From an actinobacterium acAMD-2 (GTDB taxonomy: Bacteria; Actinomycetota; Actinomycetes; UBA12327): 64,000 nucleotides of DNA. The DNA lies in contig JNSE01000033.1 of assembly GCA_000754455.1 (NCBI GenBank), positions 20,012 to 84,011 of the forward strand. Reading direction: 5' to 3'. A model generated the notes under the pieces. It did not search any database and was not told the origin of the DNA. It saw only the letters and a list, made by a program, of their open reading frames with translations. This document shows positions 51,077-59,994 of the stretch, one piece after another (the stretch's first letter is position 1; each line of letters begins with the position of its first letter). The translations under genes and the position numbers were made by a program.

Positions 51077-53791
51077 TCACAGCACTGGCTTAAGGCGTTC
51101 TTCAATAGCGGCGATGACGCGCTCGCTGGCTTTGCCATCTCGGCTGGGGAACGTGGAATCAATGCGCTTGGCGTAGAGCTGGGATTGGCTGCTGGTGTCA
51201 TCAAGCAATTCGTGGACTGATCGCACGACATCGTTGACGGTTTCGACCACCGGACCGAATCCATTTTCCGGGTACTTGTAGTAACCAGCGCGACCCACGT
51301 GGCCCCCGTTGAGCACCTTGTCGGCGTCAAACTGGAAGTAGACGCTCGGAGTGTTCAGGTATGCCAAGTTAAAGGCCACTGACGAGTAATCCGTGATGCC
51401 GATTTTGGCGCGGGCGAAAATCGAACGAACATCCGTGTCTTCATAGGTCATCAACTGCACCCACGACGGAACCGTGATTCCCTCGAAGGCTTGTTCCAAG
51501 TTCGGGTGGGCCAAAATCGCGATCTGCAATCCCGCTGCTGCTGCAGCATCACGCAGTTCCGTTGATTCCAGCAGTCCCATCCAGTTGGAAAAGAACTCCG
51601 AATCCTTGAATGTGTCGACCGCGAGGCGTTCTTGGGTCCCCGCAATGTCGTCCTTAACCAACCAGTGGCGCCAGGTCGGACACAGCAAGAGGAGATCTTG
51701 TTTCTTGATCGAGTCTTTGGCACGCAAGAGATCATCAAAACGTGGCAACCCAGTCAGCGCGACTTCCTTGTCGCTGAATCGGTACGAGGTGCCGCTGGCA
51801 GCGATGGATTCGTATTCATTCGGTGTGCTGACGACAAAGAGGAACATCTCTTTGGGATTGAGCCACGCCGAAAGGTCGTCTTTGATGACGCCGTGTTGCA
51901 AAAAGGCGAATTTCCAGCGTGGGACAAAGTGTTCAATGAACTTCGGTGGGTTGGCTTGAGGCGGTCCCGCGTGTGAGGAGGCCAGCAACGTCGTGCGGAA
52001 CATCAACGCCATCCACTTCAGCGATCCGTAGGCCACAAGGCGCGAACCGAACCCTTCTTTGCGCAGGCGCTTCCAGGTCGCAGTGTCCTTGTCAACAACA
52101 AACCAAGCGTTGATGTCTTTGCGTTGGGCACGCGCGTATTTGAACAAGATTTCGCCGCTGTCATCAGCATTACGCACGCGATCCATAAACACCCACGAGC
52201 CACGGAACTTCTTGCGCGCCCATGGCGTGCGAACGTAGATGTTGTAAAACAGCGAGGTAGCGACTTCTCGCAAGGGTTGATTGAAAATCTCATCACCGGG
52301 CGCGGTGTACGGAATACCAATCCGGGTGGGCCCAGTACGCATTTGGATGGGGCGCAAGCGGACGGATCGCTCATTGGTTTCTTCGGTGCGCAGTTCCCAC
52401 GGTTGACCGTTGAGCTGCAGTCGCACCATGCGCCCTGCTGGCACCCACAGGATGCGTTCTTTCATCACCGTGCGGTCGAAGTACACGACATCGCGGTCCT
52501 TAGTAAAGACGGGATCGACCACATCGGTGCCCGAGATGATGCGCTCACTAGGCCGCTCACCGGTGTAGCGGTAGGTGATCAGGGCGAGCTTCATCTGCTT
52601 GTCAAAGTGTCGGAAGACCGCGTATTCCATGTGCCATGGCTCGTCTGACCACGCATGCAGGAGGCATTGGCGCCAAATTCCGCGAAACAAACTAATGGTG
52701 AAGTCGGAAATTTGTGTCTTCTCTAAATACCGAACCAATTCTGCCATCGTGGCATGGAATTCATCGGCTATTTCACCTCTGGCGGCAGTGGCATTTCCCG
52801 CTGAATCCTCCGCTTTGAAGTAATGCGAGAGTTCATACAAGATCATGTTTTGTAGCCACGCCGGTGCAACACCATTGTTGGCTTTTGCAGCATCTTTCAA
52901 GATCGCCAGGTAACCGATACGAGGAACGACGAGGTAGCGTCGTGGGTCCATCGTGCTGTTATTCAAGGTTGATGATTGATCAGCGCGCTTGCGGTAGATA
53001 TAGCGCGCGTTTGACAAGAATCCGACAAGAGGCTCGCTAGCCAACATGTAACGACAGCAGAATTCACCGTCTTCGAAGTTTGGCCGAATGGCTTCGTTAA
53101 ACCGCAAGCCGTTGTCTATCAACCGCGCGCGCTTGACGAATGCAGCTGGGGCACTGCCATGAAAAAATTCTGGAGTAATCGAAAGATCGGTGAGGCGATT
53201 GCCACCGGCGAACAGTCGTTTCAGTGGGTGGGTTTCTTCGATCAGGCCAGTGTCTTCAAAAAACATGATGCGGTTGGTCGCAAACATTTCGGCCTGTGGC
53301 CACAGCTCAATGTGATCGGCCACCACCCGCAGGTAGTCCGATTCCAAGATGTCATCGGGATCGGGGAAGGTCACCCAGGTGCCCTGGGCTACCTCAATAC
53401 CGGTGTTGCGAGCAGCCCCTTGGCCGGCATTTTCCTGGTTAATCACGCGCACCGCGTAGTCAGTGCTGGATTGGAATTGCTCAAGGAGCGAAAGCGAATT
53501 GTCGAGCGAGCCATCGTTGACCAAGATCAGTTCAACGCGGGAATGATCAAAGGTTTGTTGAGCCAGTGATTCCAGGAATTCAGGCAAGTATTGCTCAACG
53601 TTGTAGATCGCTGAGACCACCGAGAAAAGGGGCGCAGTCACGTCTGACACGAGAGCGTAATCTCCTGATTCGCTACGGATTTTTGTGCGGTCCTGGGTGC
53701 CTAAGAAGTTGCTGAAACCGTACCACGGAGGGGCTTTCAGCTTCGGGATCATGAAAGAATGAGGGCACGACTTCATGCCTGGTGAAGTCAT
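51077..53791 (-). CDS. bifunctional glycosyltransferase family 2 / CDP-glycerol glycerophosphotransferase (TagF-like)
   Basis: The N-terminal GT2 region has FSVVSAIYNVEQYLPEFLESL...LILVNDGSLDNS. The C-terminal half is TagB/TagF-like (LLCPTWRHW, ITDYSSVAFN). The start is uncertain, with ATGs at 53791, 53776 and 53752. The track start at 53935 would overlap the divergent gene. Confidence 0.8.
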   Translation of the reverse strand: MTSPGMKSCPHSFMIPKLKAPPWYGFSNFLGTQDRTKIRSESGDYALVSDVTAPLFSVVSAIYNVEQYLPEFLESLAQQTFDHSRVELILVNDGSLDNSLSLLEQFQSSTDYAVRVINQENAGQGAARNTGIEVAQGTWVTFPDPDDILESDYLRVVADHIELWPQAEMFATNRIMFFEDTGLIEETHPLKRLFAGGNRLTDLSITPEFFHGSAPAAFVKRARLIDNGLRFNEAIRPNFEDGEFCCRYMLASEPLVGFLSNARYIYRKRADQSSTLNNSTMDPRRYLVVPRIGYLAILKDAAKANNGVAPAWLQNMILYELSHYFKAEDSAGNATAARGEIADEFHATMAELVRYLEKTQISDFTISLFRGIWRQCLLHAWSDEPWHMEYAVFRHFDKQMKLALITYRYTGERPSERIISGTDVVDPVFTKDRDVVYFDRTVMKERILWVPAGRMVRLQLNGQPWELRTEETNERSVRLRPIQMRTGPTRIGIPYTAPGDEIFNQPLREVATSLFYNIYVRTPWARKKFRGSWVFMDRVRNADDSGEILFKYARAQRKDINAWFVVDKDTATWKRLRKEGFGSRLVAYGSLKWMALMFRTTLLASSHAGPPQANPPKFIEHFVPRWKFAFLQHGVIKDDLSAWLNPKEMFLFVVSTPNEYESIAASGTSYRFSDKEVALTGLPRFDDLLRAKDSIKKQDLLLLCPTWRHWLVKDDIAGTQERLAVDTFKDSEFFSNWMGLLESTELRDAAAAAGLQIAILAHPNLEQAFEGITVPSWVQLMTYEDTDVRSIFARAKIGITDYSSVAFNLAYLNTPSVYFQFDADKVLNGGHVGRAGYYKYPENGFGPVVETVNDVVRSVHELLDDTSSQSQLYAKRIDSTFPSRDGKASERVIAAIEERLKPVL

Positions 53792-53805
53792 GGTGAGGGA
53801 CTGAG

Positions 53806-54237
53806 ATGCTGAACAAGGGTCGTTGGGTTGCTGTCGTTGCATCCTTGGTTGTTGTTGGTTTAGTGGTCGGTGTTTTCGTATCGGTTGGTGTGTCGTTACC
53901 CGCAAAGAAATCCGATCTACCAACTGTTGGTCCAACAGCCAATGAACTCGAGCAACTGGCTGCCGACCTTTCGAGTGGAAAGCCGGATCGCATTTTGGCG
54001 TCTATTGCCGATCTGCCACCAGGTGCCGAAAAAGACGTCCTGAAAACTTTTACCAACATTAAGTTTGTGGATTTCAATACGCAGACAGTTCGCTTTGACA
54101 AGGCCACCGGAGCTGCCGTCGTGGATGCGCGGCTGACACCACGCAAGGGCCCGCCCACCTATGAGCGCGAAGCCTTGGTCAAACGTGGGACGCGCTGGCT
54201 GTTGTATTCCTCCTTGCCAAACCCGAAAGCGACCTGA
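53806..54237 (+). CDS. hypothetical membrane-anchored protein
   Basis: 143 aa with GGTGAGGGA upstream of the ATG and an N-terminal TM segment (WVAVVASLVVVGLVVGVFVSVGV). No family recognised. Confidence 0.45.
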   Translation: MLNKGRWVAVVASLVVVGLVVGVFVSVGVSLPAKKSDLPTVGPTANELEQLAADLSSGKPDRILASIADLPPGAEKDVLKTFTNIKFVDFNTQTVRFDKATGAAVVDARLTPRKGPPTYEREALVKRGTRWLLYSSLPNPKAT

Positions 54238-54301
54238 TACCCTCTTACATCGAGAGAGAGCCTCTCTCGCATAGTAATAAAACGTGAAATGGAGTCGTTC
54301 G

Positions 54302-55534
54302 ATGTCCGATCGCAAACAAGTGGTCATCGCCGGTGCAGGTCCGGTGGGAATGGTTGCAGCGCTAAAGCTCGCGCAAGCAGGTCTTGACGTCACCATTTAC
54401 GAAATGGGCGATGATCTCTCGGTTGACTCCAAGGCTTCCACGTTCCACATCCCCACGCTGGAACTGTGCGACGAACTCGGATTGATTGACGACATGCTCG
54501 AGCAGGGACTGATGGTTCCGCTCTTCCAGCAACGCGATCGCAAGGGTGGCGTTATCGCTCAACTTGATTTGTCGCTGTTAAAGGATGAAACCAAGTATCC
54601 CTACCGACTCCAACTTGAACAGTCAAAGTTCACCCGCCTAGTTCGCAAGCACCTAGACAAGTTCCCCAACGCGCACCTTTTCTATGGCGCTGGAGTGGCT
54701 ACTGCAGAGGATCACACTGATTACGCCGTAGCAATTTTGAACGATGGCACACGCGTGGAGTGTGACTGGCTTATTGGGTGCGATGGTGCCAACTCCATGG
54801 TGCGCCAATCCTTTGGTTTTGAATTCCCTGGTGAGACCTTTGCCGAGCGCTTCTTGGTGATGTCAACCACCTATGAATTCCGAGATGTCATGACCGATCT
54901 GGCCGAAGTTGCTTACATCACTGACCCTGACGAGTGGATGGTCTTGCTCAAGACCCCTGACCATTGGCGTTGCTTGATGGCAGTGAGTCCAGATGAGGAC
55001 GATGACGTAGCCGTGACCGATGAGCGGATTCAGGAACGACTAAACAGTGTTCTGGCTGACCTTGGTCACGAGCACGTTGATTTTCCCTTGGTCGGAAAGT
55101 CCTTGTATCGCGTCAATCAACGCGTGGCCAAGAACTTTGCTATCAATCGCATTCTGTTGGCGGGCGATTCAGCGCACATGAATAACCCGCTGGGCGGTTT
55201 TGGTATGAACAGTGGAATTCATGACGCTTGGTCTGCAGGTGATGTGATCGAAGCGGTGGAACTTCGCGGAGCAGATGCACACAAGGCAGCGCAAATTCAT
55301 GGTGTCGTTCGTAGCGAAGTGTGTCACTCGTACGTTCAAGCCAACACCAAGAAAAACTTCAAGGACATGCAGGAAAAGGATGAAGCCGCTCGCCAGGCCC
55401 GCAATGCGATGCTGCGAGCGTTGCAAGATGACGTTGAAGCGCAAAAGGAATACCTGCGAGGGACGTCAATGCTCACGTCAGCCCATGAAGCTATCGCGCG
55501 AGTTCGCAACGAATTGGCTGCGCTGAGTTCTTAA
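54302..55534 (+). CDS. FAD-dependent monooxygenase (aromatic-ring hydroxylase family)
   Basis: VVIAGAGPVGMVAALKL dinucleotide fold and LLAGDSAHMNNPLGGFGMNSGIHD. ATG at 54302 has GGAG upstream. Confidence 0.8.
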   Translation: MSDRKQVVIAGAGPVGMVAALKLAQAGLDVTIYEMGDDLSVDSKASTFHIPTLELCDELGLIDDMLEQGLMVPLFQQRDRKGGVIAQLDLSLLKDETKYPYRLQLEQSKFTRLVRKHLDKFPNAHLFYGAGVATAEDHTDYAVAILNDGTRVECDWLIGCDGANSMVRQSFGFEFPGETFAERFLVMSTTYEFRDVMTDLAEVAYITDPDEWMVLLKTPDHWRCLMAVSPDEDDDVAVTDERIQERLNSVLADLGHEHVDFPLVGKSLYRVNQRVAKNFAINRILLAGDSAHMNNPLGGFGMNSGIHDAWSAGDVIEAVELRGADAHKAAQIHGVVRSEVCHSYVQANTKKNFKDMQEKDEAARQARNAMLRALQDDVEAQKEYLRGTSMLTSAHEAIARVRNELAALSS

Positions 55535-55553
55535 AGCGCCCGGTTCTTAAAAC

Positions 55554-55601
55554 GCTGAGTACCTAAGAAGCTGAGTACCTAAGAAGCTGAGTACCTAACA
55601 A
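55554..55601. repeat. 3 x 16-bp tandem direct repeat (GCTGAGTACCTAAGAA)
   Basis: Units lie at 55554, 55570 and 55586, and the third has one mismatch. They sit in the convergent intergenic region between the monooxygenase and IclR genes. Confidence 0.85.
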
Positions 55602-55621
55602 ATCGTGGAGTGACGGCTCAA

Positions 55622-56401
55622 TCAGTCACTGATGTGGGTCATGGCAGCGCTGATGGCCTGCGCGCTGGCTCGTACCTGCTTAATCACGGTGGCTCGACGC
55701 TTGTCATCGAGTCGGTGGATGGGACCCGCAGTTCCAAGGGCGGCAACGACGTGTCCGTTGACTTCGATCGCGGCAGCGCATCCCCAGATGCCGGCGTCAA
55801 CTTCTTCGTAGGACTGCGTCCAGGTAGCTCGACGAACATCGTCGAGTGCGGTGGGCGTGAGTAGGTCTAGGCGATCAACAGCAATCTCATCGCGTCGAGC
55901 TTCGAGGTAGGCCAGTCGTTCGCGAGTGGGCATGCTGGCCAGGAGGACTCGTGCCACCGAACCCGAGTGCAACGGCATTGCTTGTCCGACCGCAAACTGC
56001 AGTCGAACCGGGTGTGAGGATTCTTCGCGCGCGACGCAGTAGGCGTTTTCACCACCGCGACGGGCGATCAGAACAGTCTCGTCGATGAGGTCGCGCAGAC
56101 TCACCAGCTCGTTGGACGCAGCTTCCAGCAGAGTGGTTCGGCCAGCATCGGCTGCCGCATTGAGGCCCACCACTGCGTCGGTGAGGCGGAATCGACCGTC
56201 ACCGATCGGCTCAACCAATCCGGTTTCGCGCAAGAGCGAGATGTAGCGATACATCGTTGACACCGGCACTTCAACGCGTGCCGCGAGTTCATTAATCGTG
56301 GGGGTGGGGTGCTCCGCGGTGAAGGTCAGCACGGTGGTGATGAGTTTGCGCGCGCTACTGGTGCCAGGCGTTCGGCGGTTGGCTGGCTTACTCGGGCTCA
56401 C
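55622..56401 (-). CDS. IclR family transcriptional regulator
   Basis: 259 aa with an N-terminal wHTH (INELAARVEVPVSTMYRYISLLRETGLVE) and a C-terminal IclR effector-domain pattern. Confidence 0.85.
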   Translation of the reverse strand: MSPSKPANRRTPGTSSARKLITTVLTFTAEHPTPTINELAARVEVPVSTMYRYISLLRETGLVEPIGDGRFRLTDAVVGLNAAADAGRTTLLEAASNELVSLRDLIDETVLIARRGGENAYCVAREESSHPVRLQFAVGQAMPLHSGSVARVLLASMPTRERLAYLEARRDEIAVDRLDLLTPTALDDVRRATWTQSYEEVDAGIWGCAAAIEVNGHVVAALGTAGPIHRLDDKRRATVIKQVRASAQAISAAMTHISD

Positions 56402-56521
56402 ATTCGTCAGCCTATCTGTCTTTCATCTGGTGAGAAACGCGTGCGCTGAAGCCAACAGTGGGGGGCTGGCGCGCTTCGGGTAGCCTTCACCTCGCACTCA
56501 TCGCTTCGGCTGTGGGTGCGG

Positions 56522-56614
56522 GGAGGCGTCGCCTAGTCCGGTCTATGGCGCCGCACTGCTAATGCGGTTTGGGTTTATCGCCCATCGAGAGTTCAAATCT
56601 CTCCGCCTCCGCCA
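56522..56614 (+). tRNA. tRNA-Ser (anticodon GCT), CCA encoded
   Basis: GGAGGCG acceptor stem, anticodon loop CTGCTAA, long variable arm, T-arm GAGAGTTCAAATCTCTC and 3' CGCCTCCGCCA. Confidence 0.9.
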
Positions 56615-56781
56615 CGTGTTGTAGCCGGCGGTAGCAGGCGCACAACACGTCTGCGAGCGCTCGAGATTTGGGAGGAGCGCAGCGACGGGTCTCTCCGCCT
56701 CCGCCACGTGTTGTAGCCGGCGGTAGCCGGCGCACAACACGTCTGCGAGCGCTCGAGATTTGGGAGGAGCGCAGCGACTGG
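56598..56781. repeat. 2 x 92-bp tandem direct repeat that begins inside the T-loop of tRNA-Ser(GCT)
   Basis: 56598-56689 and 56690-56781 differ at 2 positions (56636/56728 and 56687/56779). Each copy holds the last 17 nt of the tRNA, a hairpin and a GGGAGGAGCGCAGCGAC motif. Confidence 0.9.
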
Positions 56782-56867
56782 CCTCACCGCGTCGCAAACC
56801 GAGCGCTCACGCCTGCTGATGGTTGGTCATGCGCGCGCCTGTATGCTTTCGCAGGCTTCACAGCCAC

Positions 56868-56940
56868 GCGCCTGTAGCTCAACGGATAGAGCATCTGACT
56901 ACGGATCAGAAGGTTTGGGGTTCGAATCCCTACAGGCGCA
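56868..56940 (+). tRNA. tRNA-Arg (anticodon ACG)
   Basis: GCGCCTGTAGCTCAACGGATAGAGCATCTGACTACGGATCAGAAGGTTTGGGGTTCGAATCCCTACAGGCGCA. Anticodon loop is CTACGGA. CCA is not encoded. Confidence 0.9.
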
Positions 56941-56956
56941 CTCTTCATTCCACGGA

Positions 56957-57697
56957 CTAGGAAGCGGCGATCACGCGTCGGGTAGGTCCAAGCGGGCGAG
57001 CCGAATCCAAAGCGCTGATTACGGCCTCTACGGACTCCGCAGTCGATTGCCGATCAGTCCACACGTCAACGTCATAGACCAGACCGTGGGAATGGCACAG
57101 CTCGTTGCTGCGTCGGGCCAAGCCGCGGGGGCGTCCTTCTAATCCGCCATCTGCGCGGGCTGATTCGCGTCTTTCAAGCTCCTCTACAGAGCAGTGGACA
57201 CCTACCAGTAGGACGTTGGCATGGGCGGCTTGCAAAACATCAAGGACCTCATCGCACCAGTCAGCGTCCTGGATGAAGTGGTCAATGATCAAGTGAGTGC
57301 CCAGGCGCAGATGTTCGCCCCAACTTCGGTGAAGCCCCGTCAATAGCAGCCGTGTGTGTGGGCTCGTTGCCAGTCGCATACGAGGGATTTCATCGCCAGC
57401 AACGTCGCTGACGTATTCCCAGGCTGCTCGACCATCGTGGGGTTCGCGGGATGCCAGGGTGCTGGTATCACGACCCTGTAATTGCACAAAGCTGATGGGG
57501 TAGAGCGAATCCGCAATCATCAAGACCATGTCGTCGAAGGCAACTCGGAAGAAAGCTCTTGATTGATCGCCACCCGAATCACTGACTAGACGTTCCTGCA
57601 GTGCTTTGCACAATGTCGACTTGCCCGACGAACTGGGACCGTTGACCAGAATCGCAAGAGGCGCTTGCTGACTCTTGTTTTGCGAATCCTGGGTCAT
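56957..57697 (-). CDS. chloramphenicol-phosphotransferase-like (CPT family) P-loop kinase
   Basis: ATG at 57697 within ORF 56957..57832. P-loop VNGPSSSGKST, and the overall pattern (LIIDHF..., VGVHCSVEELERRESAR, YDVDVWT) resembles S. venezuelae CPT from memory. Confidence 0.65.
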   Translation of the reverse strand: MTQDSQNKSQQAPLAILVNGPSSSGKSTLCKALQERLVSDSGGDQSRAFFRVAFDDMVLMIADSLYPISFVQLQGRDTSTLASREPHDGRAAWEYVSDVAGDEIPRMRLATSPHTRLLLTGLHRSWGEHLRLGTHLIIDHFIQDADWCDEVLDVLQAAHANVLLVGVHCSVEELERRESARADGGLEGRPRGLARRSNELCHSHGLVYDVDVWTDRQSTAESVEAVISALDSARPLGPTRRVIAAS

Positions 57698-57911
57698 CAC
57701 ATTCCTGTCAGTTGGAGTCGCCGTAGGTCCGCCACTACTTGGTGGTCTTTCACAGGGTAGTCCAGTTGTAGTCGTTGAGAACGTGCGTGCGCACGTCTGG
57801 GATCCCAGCGCTGCGGCCTCGTTGCCCTGCACAACCCGAGGTGGTCAGCCATACTGACGATGCTTGCTTGTGGCCTTTGCGCCCACTAACGACTTCGCCG
57901 GAGGCTTACGC

Positions 57912-58712
57912 ATGACCACAACTGCTAACACGCACACCTCACGTCAACGCGACATTGTTCGACAACTGTCCGTGCTGGTGAGTGTGGTCATTGCTGTTGT
58001 GGTGTCATTCTTGGGATCTGGTGCTGTGGTTGGCACGCCGGTGAGTGAAGTGGCCAATGGAGTCCTTGATAGTGATGCCACCTTGGTCGCTCCAGGTGGT
58101 GCCGCCTTCATTATTTGGGGTGTTATCTACACCGGCCTCCTTCTGTTGGGTATCAACCAACTCATGCCGTGGCGCGCTCAGGATTCCCGTCAGCGTCGCG
58201 CGGGTTGGCTAATTGTTGCTTCGGCGCTGTTGAACGCCGCGTGGATCGCTGCCGTTCAGTTGGCGTGGCTCGTTGCCAGTGTGCTGCTCTTGGTGGCCCT
58301 GGTGGCAGTGCTTGTTTTGATCCTCGCTCGACTTAACGAGCAACCTGCTACCACGCGTTACGAACGCGTCGTGATTGACGGAACTCTTGGTCTATACCTG
58401 GGATGGGCGTGCATCGCCACGGTTGCCAACTCGGCTGCCGCGGGGATTAGCGTGGGAATCGATGCGCTGGGCACTCTCGCAACTTCGTTGGCCGTGGTTG
58501 TCTTGGTTGTCGCAGCCGTCGTGGGGATTGTGTTAGCGATTGGTTTAAAGGGCCGCATTGCACCGGCTATTGGTTTGGCGTGGGGTTTGGCGTGGGTAGC
58601 AGTTGAACGCGCTAGCGGAATTCCCGAATCAACAGTGGTCGCTGTCTTCGCAGCTCTGGCAGCAGTGGTGACTGTGGTTGCTGCCGTGACTGTGCGTGCT
58701 CGAAGGAGCTAG
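57912..58712 (+). CDS. polytopic membrane protein, possibly TspO/MBR-related
   Basis: ATG at 57912 has GGAGG upstream. There are about 7 hydrophobic segments and Trp-rich loops (FIIWGVIYTGLL, LNAAWIAAVQLAWL). The family call is tentative. Confidence 0.4.
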   Translation: MTTTANTHTSRQRDIVRQLSVLVSVVIAVVVSFLGSGAVVGTPVSEVANGVLDSDATLVAPGGAAFIIWGVIYTGLLLLGINQLMPWRAQDSRQRRAGWLIVASALLNAAWIAAVQLAWLVASVLLLVALVAVLVLILARLNEQPATTRYERVVIDGTLGLYLGWACIATVANSAAAGISVGIDALGTLATSLAVVVLVVAAVVGIVLAIGLKGRIAPAIGLAWGLAWVAVERASGIPESTVVAVFAALAAVVTVVAAVTVRARRS

Positions 58713-58739
58713 CGTAAAGGGGATTGGCCCGGCCGCGAA

Positions 58740-59060
58740 CTACTGAGCGAGTCGAGCGGTGGGCTCCGAAAAGATGTCCAACAGTTCACTGACCTTGTGG
58801 CCGGCTTCGACCGGGTGGCGGAATTTCAAACTGTCGTGCAGTTCGTAGTGGTTTCGGCGACCGATTTTTGTCTTGGTGACATAACCGTCGGCTTCTAGGT
58901 CAGACAAGATCGCCTGGGCAGCTCGCTCGGTAATGCCAACGACCTCGGCAATATCGCGGATCCGTGCGTCTGGGTGGCTATTGAGGTAGATGATCGCGTG
59001 GCCATGGTTGGTCAAAAACGTCCATTGGCGTGAACTGCGCGACGATGGGGCCTCAGTCAT
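58740..59060 (-). CDS. winged helix-turn-helix transcriptional regulator (ArsR/MarR-like)
   Basis: 106 aa with IRDIAEVVGITERAAQAILSDLEADGYVTKTKIGRRNHYEL. It is divergent from the 59485 cluster. Confidence 0.65.
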   Translation of the reverse strand: MTEAPSSRSSRQWTFLTNHGHAIIYLNSHPDARIRDIAEVVGITERAAQAILSDLEADGYVTKTKIGRRNHYELHDSLKFRHPVEAGHKVSELLDIFSEPTARLAQ

Positions 59061-59484
59061 ATGACAACCCTACCTCGTAACCGGACAATCTAATCAGCAT
59101 TTTTATTGCAGGTAATAGTTGGCAGGAAGTCAACTTCATCACGGCAACTTCACCTGTCTCATGCACGCCGATTGGACTTGGCTGGTGCGTTCAACTTCAG
59201 CATGTGCGCTCGCGGTCGATTGGTCCGTGGAGTGACCCGAGCTATACCTAAAGCGTGGTGACAACGGTGTAACTCAACCTTTCGGTGGATGCTGTTTCAC
59301 CGTTTGGCTAGTTGATGGCTACAACCGTTCGTTTTAGTTAAAGATGTCTAAAGGTGCTATCGCCTTTGTCCGACTGTGCGATTACGCAGACCTGTATTTC
59401 TTGATGTAGTTGGCATGTCCGCATCCGTGGACACACAACTGTCACTAATCCTCTAGGGCTAGTGCACACATCAAGGAGAAAACA

Positions 59485-59952
59485 ATGGAGTTCGCAAAGA
59501 CCAAGCGTGGCACCTTGCTCGTCGCTTCACTCGCAACCGCCCTTCTCGTCGGCGGCGGCGTTGCATTCGCATACTGGACCACCACTGGTTCGGGTACTGG
59601 TTCGGCCGCAGCTGGCGACAGCAGCCCCGTCGACGTTACTCAGACCAACACCGTGACCGGTTTGTACCCCGGAGGTCCTGCACAGGACATCGACCTGAAC
59701 ATTGACAACAGCAACGATGCTGATCAGTACCTGGCCAAGGTTACCGTTTCTGTTTCTAGCACCTCTAACGCTGGCTGCACCGCCGCTGACTTCACCGTCA
59801 CCGACGCCACCATCGGCGCTGAGGTTCCTTCTGGCTCCACAAACGCCTACGCCGGCTCCGACACTGGTGCCAGCATCAAGATGAACAACGCTGCCACCAG
59901 CCAGGACGCTTGCAAGAACGCCACGATCAACCTCGCGTTCAACGCCAGCTGA
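59485..59952 (+). CDS. small exported protein with SipW/TasA-class-like leader and two-Cys beta-rich domain (hypothetical)
   Basis: 155 aa with AAGGAG 7 nt upstream. Leader KTKRGTLLVASLATALLVGGGVAFAYWTTTGSGTGSA. Mature part has LYPGG...NIDNSN...GC...SQDACKNATINLAFNAS. The coding call is solid. The function is inference. Confidence 0.8.
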   Translation: MEFAKTKRGTLLVASLATALLVGGGVAFAYWTTTGSGTGSAAAGDSSPVDVTQTNTVTGLYPGGPAQDIDLNIDNSNDADQYLAKVTVSVSSTSNAGCTAADFTVTDATIGAEVPSGSTNAYAGSDTGASIKMNNAATSQDACKNATINLAFNAS

Positions 59953-59994
59953 TCTGTTCTTCCGAAGTAATAGCAAAGCCCTAGAGGAGAAGTA

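Noticed and set aside
55554-55601. The tandem 16-bp repeats were considered as a possible CRISPR or mini-array.
   Set aside because: The units are directly abutting with no spacers. There are only three copies, the units are too short, and no cas genes are present in the window.
56543-56797. Two overlapping minus-strand ORFs (84 and 64 aa) with internally repeated peptide sequence. Also the + ORF 56819..57142.
   Set aside because: They cover tRNA-Ser(GCT), the 92-bp tandem duplication and tRNA-Arg. The peptide repetition simply mirrors the DNA duplication.
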